Origin: Candidatus Latescibacterota bacterium
Lineage (GTDB): Bacteria; Latescibacterota; UBA2968
DNA: 64,000 nucleotides
Direction: 5' to 3'
Assembly: GCA_965204745.1 (NCBI GenBank)
Contig: OZ242010.1
Location: 2,656,001 to 2,720,000 of the forward strand
The position numbers and the translations under genes were made by a program. Under the pieces are notes generated by a model. That model did no database searches, was not told where the DNA came from, and worked only from the letters and a program-made list of their open reading frames with translations. Below are positions 58,712 to 64,000 of this stretch, in pieces. Numbering within the stretch: position 1 is the stretch's first letter; the number at the start of each line of letters is the position of its first letter.

Positions 58712-59737
58712 TTACCCCTCAAATCGTCCGCGCCACGCTTCGCGTTCTCGGCGGCGGTCGGACAACAGGGCCTCGCTGGCAAAGCACAGCAGGGCGAGCG
58801 CGAGGGGCCATTGAAATCGGTGGATGTATTGGGCGTAACGCTGCGTGCCCAAATCGCGCTTCTCCATCTCGGAAATCCGGTCGTACACGGCTTGCAAGCC
58901 AATGCCCCCACTGCTAGCGCGCACGTACAACCCGTCGGTGATGCGGGCGATCTCCTTCAAAGTCGCCTCGTCCAAGCGCGTCTTCACGATCTTGCCCTCG
59001 GCATCCTTCAAATAATCCACGCGGTCGCCATCGCGCAGGGGAATCAACTCGCCCTCTGCCGTGCCCACGCCCACGGCAAAAATTCGCACGCCTCGTTCAG
59101 CGGCGGCCCGTGCAGCGGCGATGGGATCATCCGCGTGATCCTCGCCATCGGTAATCAAAATCAACGCCTTGTACTTGCCCTCGGTTGCCCCAAATCCCCG
59201 AATGGCCGTGCGAATGGCCTCGGCAACCGCTGTGCCCTGTTCCGCGATGAGGCCCACATCGGCCTGTCCCAAAAACATCTTGGCCGCGGCGTAATCCAAC
59301 GTGAGCGGGCAGAGCACATGGCTATACCCAGCAAATGCCACCAACCCGATGCGGTCGCCTTCGAGGCGGTCGATCAGCCCTTCAATTTCAAATCGCGCGC
59401 GGTCGAGGCGGTTGGGCTTGATATCCTCGGCCAGCATGCTCAAGGACGTATCCAGCACGATCACCAAATCCACGCCCTTGCGGTGAATCACCTCCAACTC
59501 CGTGCCGAACTGCGGTTGCACCAGTGCCAGCACCAAAAACGCAAACCCCACGCACATCAGCGCGGCCTTGATCCCCTGCCGAACCCGGCTCACGCCCGAC
59601 GCGAGTTTGTCCATCAACGCGGGCGCGCCAAATGCGTGCAATGCCTTCCGCTTGCGCCAAAACGCCCACCAGTAAAACAGCGCGAACACCGGCACCCCGA
59701 TCAAAAAATAAAACGCCTGTAGATCGCCAAATCGCAT
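58712..59737 (-). CDS. BatB-like VWA domain membrane protein
   Basis: LDTSLSM MIDAS, PNRL.RA, PLTLDY, LITDGED. Confidence 0.9.
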   Translation of the reverse strand: MRFGDLQAFYFLIGVPVFALFYWWAFWRKRKALHAFGAPALMDKLASGVSRVRQGIKAALMCVGFAFLVLALVQPQFGTELEVIHRKGVDLVIVLDTSLSMLAEDIKPNRLDRARFEIEGLIDRLEGDRIGLVAFAGYSHVLCPLTLDYAAAKMFLGQADVGLIAEQGTAVAEAIRTAIRGFGATEGKYKALILITDGEDHADDPIAAARAAAERGVRIFAVGVGTAEGELIPLRDGDRVDYLKDAEGKIVKTRLDEATLKEIARITDGLYVRASSGGIGLQAVYDRISEMEKRDLGTQRYAQYIHRFQWPLALALLCFASEALLSDRRREREAWRGRFEG

Positions 59738-59844
59738 CTCATCACCTCTCGTATCTTCGGACGAGCACAGGGGCACCGCCCCTACGGGTCTCACCTCTCG
59801 CCTCTCCTGTCTTCCCTCTTACCAAAGGGGGTTGGGCGGGGCGG

Positions 59845-59990
59845 ACTGACCACTGACCACTGACCACTGACCACTGACCACTGACCACTGACCACTGACC
59901 ACTGACCACTGACCACTGACCACTGACCACTGACCACTGACCACTGACCACTGACCACTGACCACTGACCACTGACCACTGACCACTGAC
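59845..59990. repeat. perfect heptamer array (ACTGACC), about 21 copies
   Basis: Read directly; shorter copies near 4200, 12165, 26352, 28155 and 62272. Confidence 0.95.
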
Positions 59991-60230
59991 AATGCGAATT
60001 AAGAGTAGAAAGCGAGTAAGAAGCAAGCCGCGGCCAATCGCCCAAAGACATGAACGAGTAAGCCATCCTCTGATCGTACCCGAGACGCCATCGAGATGTT
60101 TGTCTTTTGTTCAATCCAACTAAACAAGGCCGCTATCGGCTGTCGCATGCTCGAAACCGCTGAGGGTGAAATTGGTTGCGCCCTCAAGAAAAGACAAGTA
60201 CGCGATGGATTCAACGCTTAATTCGCATTG
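59990..60230 (-). mobile_element. internally deleted IS (MITE) retaining the transposase C-terminus
   Basis: 14-bp terminal IRs CAATGCGAATTAAG / CTTAATTCGCATTG; RQPI..LFSWIEQKT.I..ASRVRS..GL.VHVFGRLAAA resembles a DDE transposase end. Confidence 0.8.
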
Positions 60231-60395
60231 TTTATTGACCCCCATGAAAATGCCCTTCTCCCGATTCAGTGACCCCAACACAGGGATTCCTACTTGGGAG
60301 AAGGGCACATGACCTCGGGTCACCCTTTGCCCGAGACCATAAATTTGGGTTGTAAATATCGTTATATTTTTACCCCTGTGTCAAGAAAAATTTAT

Positions 60396-60722
60396 TCACG
60401 GAGGCATTCCCGCTTGCACGACCACATAGTCGCGCTCGATTTCTCGGTGAAAACACTCGGGCAGTCGCGCCCAGTCGCGGGCATCCATCAGAAATGGGAT
60501 GGTCGATGCTGTGAACGCCGCTTTGAAGGCCATGAGTTGATCGATGGGAATGGGCTCGAGGGTTGGGCCACGCAAGACCAGATCGAGATCGCTCCCCGGA
60601 TGGCTGTTGCCATTGACCCTGCTGCCGTAGGCCCACACTGCAATGCCGGGCAAGTGTTTTTGCAACAGGCGCTCGAGTTGCTTTCTATGCCTCGGCAACA
60701 GGTCCAAACGCTCAGTTCTCAT
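60396..60722 (-). CDS. minimal nucleotidyltransferase (MNT antitoxin)
   Basis: YGSRVNG....SDLDL. Confidence 0.88.
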   Translation of the reverse strand: MRTERLDLLPRHRKQLERLLQKHLPGIAVWAYGSRVNGNSHPGSDLDLVLRGPTLEPIPIDQLMAFKAAFTASTIPFLMDARDWARLPECFHREIERDYVVVQAGMPP

Positions 60723-61143
60723 CGTCCTCTCCAATGATCTTCGCAAGCTCTTGGGCGTCGGCGATGAACCGGGGCAACAATTCCAATGTTTGCTCGGCGA
60801 AATCCCCGCCGTATTGATGCGCGGTGTCGTTGCGATTGTCGCGGTATTTCAGCCAGCGTTCGCAACTTTCAGCGGAAATCAACCCGTGCTTGACAGCATA
60901 CCGAAAAACGTCTCTGAAATTGAGGCGGTCAGCCTGACGGTTGGAGGCGAAAAAGGGTTGTAGCCGCTTTTTCAACAGACTGCCGCACTGCTCCAAGACG
61001 ATTTCAAACTCCTTGACACAGGCAGCGCGGTAAATGTCGTAGATGATCTCGTCCGAATCCTGCTGCTGGATCTCCTCAAATGCAACGATCAGGGTTTGGA
61101 TGCACCGGTTGAGGTAGTCTGTGTTGATGGTCATGGTCGGCAT
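60712..61143 (-). CDS. HEPN nucleotidyltransferase substrate-binding protein (HI0074-like toxin)
   Basis: KEFE...E, W..YRDNRNDTAHQY (RX4H). Confidence 0.88.
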   Translation of the reverse strand: MPTMTINTDYLNRCIQTLIVAFEEIQQQDSDEIIYDIYRAACVKEFEIVLEQCGSLLKKRLQPFFASNRQADRLNFRDVFRYAVKHGLISAESCERWLKYRDNRNDTAHQYGGDFAEQTLELLPRFIADAQELAKIIGEDDEN

Positions 61144-61171
61144 TTTTGATGTGGGGGCGTATCGCTTGACT

Positions 61172-62116
61172 TCAATACCCCTTTTGTTTGTCGATCACGC
61201 TGAGCATTTCTTCGCCCTGTCTGAAACGCCGCAAGTTCTCGCAAAACAGGTTCACGATGCGATCTTGTCTGTTGGGCGACCCGCCTGCGGTGTGCGGCGT
61301 GATGATGACATTGGGCATGCGCCACAGGGGATGATCGTCTAACAGGGGTTCTTCGGGCGTCACGTCTAGACCCGCGCCTGCGATCTGTCCCTTTTCCAAT
61401 GCCGCGAGCAGTGCGTTTTCATCCATGATTTTGCCCCGCGTGACATTGATCAAAAGCGCGTGCGCCTGCATCTTGGCAAAAGCCATGCGATTGAAAAGCC
61501 CGTGCGTTTCTTTTGTCAATGGGCAACAGACCACCACGACATCGGATGCGGATAACAGATCGTAAAAGCGATCCATGCGCCAGCAGGCCGATACGCAATC
61601 GGGCACGGCGACCGCTTCGGGATCTGCTGCGATAATTTTCATGCCAAACGCATGCGCGCGCACGGCCACCTCTTGCCCGGTGCCGCCCAATCCCACAATG
61701 CCCATGGTTTTGTCGATCAATTCCCACGATGCGCGGCGAATGGGCATGCGCTCGTTCCAATCGGGTGTTCTAATCGCGCGTGCGATGCCTCGGGTCAACC
61801 CGAGCAACAGGGCCATCGCGTGTTCGGACAAATGGACGCCCACCGTGCCCTTCGCGCTGGTCAAGATGACCTCGCTGTGGACAAATTCGGGATACATCAT
61901 CCCATCCACGCCCGCGCCCCATGTTTGCACCCACTTCAGGCGTTCGGCGCGTTTGAACATGTCGCGGCTCATGCCTCCAAAAATGATGTCGATCTCGGGC
62001 ATCACCGCCAGCGCATCGCCCTGCGACGCGGGGATGATCAGGTCGATATCCCCAAACGCGGCTCGAATCTGCGCGACGTGGTGATCGTCCAAGCGGTCAT
62101 TGATCAAAACTTTCAC
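61172..62116 (-). CDS. D-2-hydroxyacid dehydrogenase
   Basis: GIVGLGGTG, INVTRG, AGLDV..EEPL, ITPHTAG. Confidence 0.93.
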   Translation of the reverse strand: MKVLINDRLDDHHVAQIRAAFGDIDLIIPASQGDALAVMPEIDIIFGGMSRDMFKRAERLKWVQTWGAGVDGMMYPEFVHSEVILTSAKGTVGVHLSEHAMALLLGLTRGIARAIRTPDWNERMPIRRASWELIDKTMGIVGLGGTGQEVAVRAHAFGMKIIAADPEAVAVPDCVSACWRMDRFYDLLSASDVVVVCCPLTKETHGLFNRMAFAKMQAHALLINVTRGKIMDENALLAALEKGQIAGAGLDVTPEEPLLDDHPLWRMPNVIITPHTAGGSPNRQDRIVNLFCENLRRFRQGEEMLSVIDKQKGY

Positions 62117-62290
62117 GACAACCTCCTATACAAATCTACGGAACGGGGTACAACTATCCGTTAGCGGTCAGAAATCAATACGGCCGGATGGCTTTTCACG
62201 CCTTCGGGCGGCTGGGCGGTCTTCTTCCCTCTCGCGTCTCACCTCTTACCGCTTTGGGCGGCTGGGTGGGGACTGACTACTGACCACTGA

Positions 62291-63295
62291 CTACTGACCA
62301 CTGACTCTTGCGTCTGCCATCTTACTTTTCTTGTACGCCGCGGACTTGAGGCCGTGCTCGGCCATACGCAACTGAAAATACTGTCGGCCAATGCCGCATT
62401 GGCGCGCGGCCTGCGTGACATTGCCCCGGGTTCGCATCAACGCTCGGTGGAGGTACGCCCGCATGAACCTACGCATCGCGTTCTGGCGGGCCTCCTTAAA
62501 CGGCTGCTCAAAAACATCTTTTTTTTTCATTGCACCGCGAATGCGCGGGGGTAGATCAGACACATGGATCAGGTCGCCATCGCCCATCAGCAACAACCGG
62601 GCGACCTCGTTTTGCAACTCGCGCACATTGCCCGGCCAGGGATAGCACGCCATCTGTTGCATGGTTTCCGAGGAAAACGTGCGCGTGCGTCCATTGTTCT
62701 GTTGGGAAAAGTGCGCGACCAAAAGGGGCAGGTCGCTCTGCCGCTTCCGCAGGGGCGGTATGTAGATGGGCACCACATTTAAGCGGTAAAACAGGTCTTC
62801 TCGAAACGTCCCCTCGCGCATCATTTGCCGCAAATTGCAGTGCGTTGCGGTGATCAGGCGCACATTGGATTTGTGGATGGTGGTCTCGCCCAAGCGGCGA
62901 AATTCCCACTCTTGAATGAGGCGGAGAAATTGCAACTGGAGATCGGTTGCCAACTCGCCTATTTCATCGAGAAATAGGGTGCCGCCCTGGGCGGCTTCGA
63001 CCAAGCCAGAGCGCGTTTCACTCGCGCCGGTAAACGCGCCGCGCACATAGCCGAACAACTCGCTACGCCCCAAATCAGACGAGAGCAACCCGCAATCCAC
63101 CGCGATAAATGGCCTCTTGTTGCGGTGGCTGATGTCGTGAATATAACGCGCGAGCAACTCCTTGCCCGTGCCGGTTTCACCCGTGATATTGACGGGCAGT
63201 TCGCTATTTGCCACGCGACACGCCCGCCTCCGCACTTCCAAAAGCAAGGGGTGCTCTCCCGTAAAGGGCCATTTATTGCGTTTGGATTTTTGCAT
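62291..63295 (-). CDS. sigma54-dependent activator (AAA+ and Fis HTH, no sensor domain)
   Basis: [44 protein letters not shown]. Confidence 0.92.
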   Translation of the reverse strand: MQKSKRNKWPFTGEHPLLLEVRRRACRVANSELPVNITGETGTGKELLARYIHDISHRNKRPFIAVDCGLLSSDLGRSELFGYVRGAFTGASETRSGLVEAAQGGTLFLDEIGELATDLQLQFLRLIQEWEFRRLGETTIHKSNVRLITATHCNLRQMMREGTFREDLFYRLNVVPIYIPPLRKRQSDLPLLVAHFSQQNNGRTRTFSSETMQQMACYPWPGNVRELQNEVARLLLMGDGDLIHVSDLPPRIRGAMKKKDVFEQPFKEARQNAMRRFMRAYLHRALMRTRGNVTQAARQCGIGRQYFQLRMAEHGLKSAAYKKSKMADARVSGQ

Positions 63296-63489
63296 GCTAT
63301 CCCTCCCGTTGCAAAAGATCATAATGAGAAATCGCCACGACACAAAGCGAAACATAGCATCCACTATGCCTCAATGAATGCCATGGATCGCGCCGCGCAA
63401 CAGTGCCGCTGGCGTAATCAAACGAGATATTACAGCGGGAATATTACAGCAAAATTAAGTCCATGTAAAAAGGGCGTTTCTTCTTATTT

Positions 63490-63714
63490 TTACCCATTGT
63501 CCGATGAATTGAATTGAACGATCTTCTTCCATAAAATTTGCCCTTCCGAATCGCAGAACGCTTTCATAAACGCCATCGTAAATTTGTTGATGACCTTGCT
63601 GTACTCATTCAAAAACCGATCATTTTTTTCCTTTGCCCGATGTCCAAGTGGTTCAATAATTTCAGTATATAAGGACTCATTCGCGGTGATTTCATGTTGT
63701 GTGATGGGCTTCAT
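63490..63714 (-). pseudogene. remnant of a type II restriction endonuclease (PmeII-like C-terminus)
   Basis: LYTEIIEPLGH.AKE.N...INKFT..F...G.I.W.K.VQFNS; only 74 aa; directly after an MTase. Confidence 0.55.
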
Positions 63715-64000
63715 AGGGAGTCTTTTCTTCAAAGAGGGTGTATTGGGCGGGCGTGGTATTTTTTATGGCCAGTTCGTAATTTTCCGGCAAGACTTCGATT
63801 CCCACCGAGTTTCTGCCCATCTCGCGGGCCACCTGACAGGTCGTGCCCGAACCGACAAATGGATCGAGTACCCAATCGCGCTCTTGCGTGAAAAGTTTAA
63901 TAAACCATGCGGGTAGTGTTTTGGGGAACACTGCGCTGTGTTTTTTATTGCCGCATTCCGTTGCCAGATGGAGCACATTGGTCGGATAAACCATGTCGCG
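63692..64000 (-). CDS. N4/N6 DNA methyltransferase, C-terminal part
   Basis: HSAVFP..LP, VLDPFVGSGTT, GIE. Confidence 0.9.
   Translation of the reverse strand, partial: RDMVYPTNVLHLATECGNKKHSAVFPKTLPAWFIKLFTQERDWVLDPFVGSGTTCQVAREMGRNSVGIEVLPENYELAIKNTTPAQYTLFEEKTPYEAHHTT

Noticed and set aside
59845-59990. Possible CRISPR array
   Set aside because: Pure 7-nt tandem repeat with no spacers and no cas genes. The SGQWSVV ORFs across it are artefacts.

Overview
GC-rich bacterial window with three zones. (1) 1-17 kb, cofactor and metal uptake: a partial IS110, bioB, a chromate transporter, a HIT protein, Cys-poor rpmG-rpmB, a cobalamin riboswitch, a btu-type B12 uptake/cobO cluster, and a CxxC...RSPP leader peptide ahead of a ZnuD-like TonB receptor. 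(2) 17-32 kb: a tandem dynamin-like GTPase pair, an AAA-nuclease, a HemQ-like protein, an ABC-type ATPase, an MFS transporter and a hydrolase/phosphodiesterase/tetraheme cytochrome operon. (3) 32.7-56.2 kb: a minus-strand type I R-M locus in which hsdM and hsdR are separated by about 17 kb of defence cargo (two hsdS, Kiwa, Schlafen-like, Fic, GHKL-nuclease+Dcm, TIR-SLOG-TIR, TA remnants, IS701). This cargo is divided into three modules by a repeated ~65-bp palindrome+RBS leader and includes a mosaic of short stubs copied from the locus's own genes. The window ends with batC/batB split by a full IS110 whose bridge-RNA guides match its target and donor by eye, then a HEPN-MNT pair, a dehydrogenase, a sigma54 activator and a decayed type II R-M. 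Intergenic DNA is dense in heptamer arrays, GTAG REP-like hairpins and MITEs. All protein calls come from motif recognition by eye; no database searches were run.
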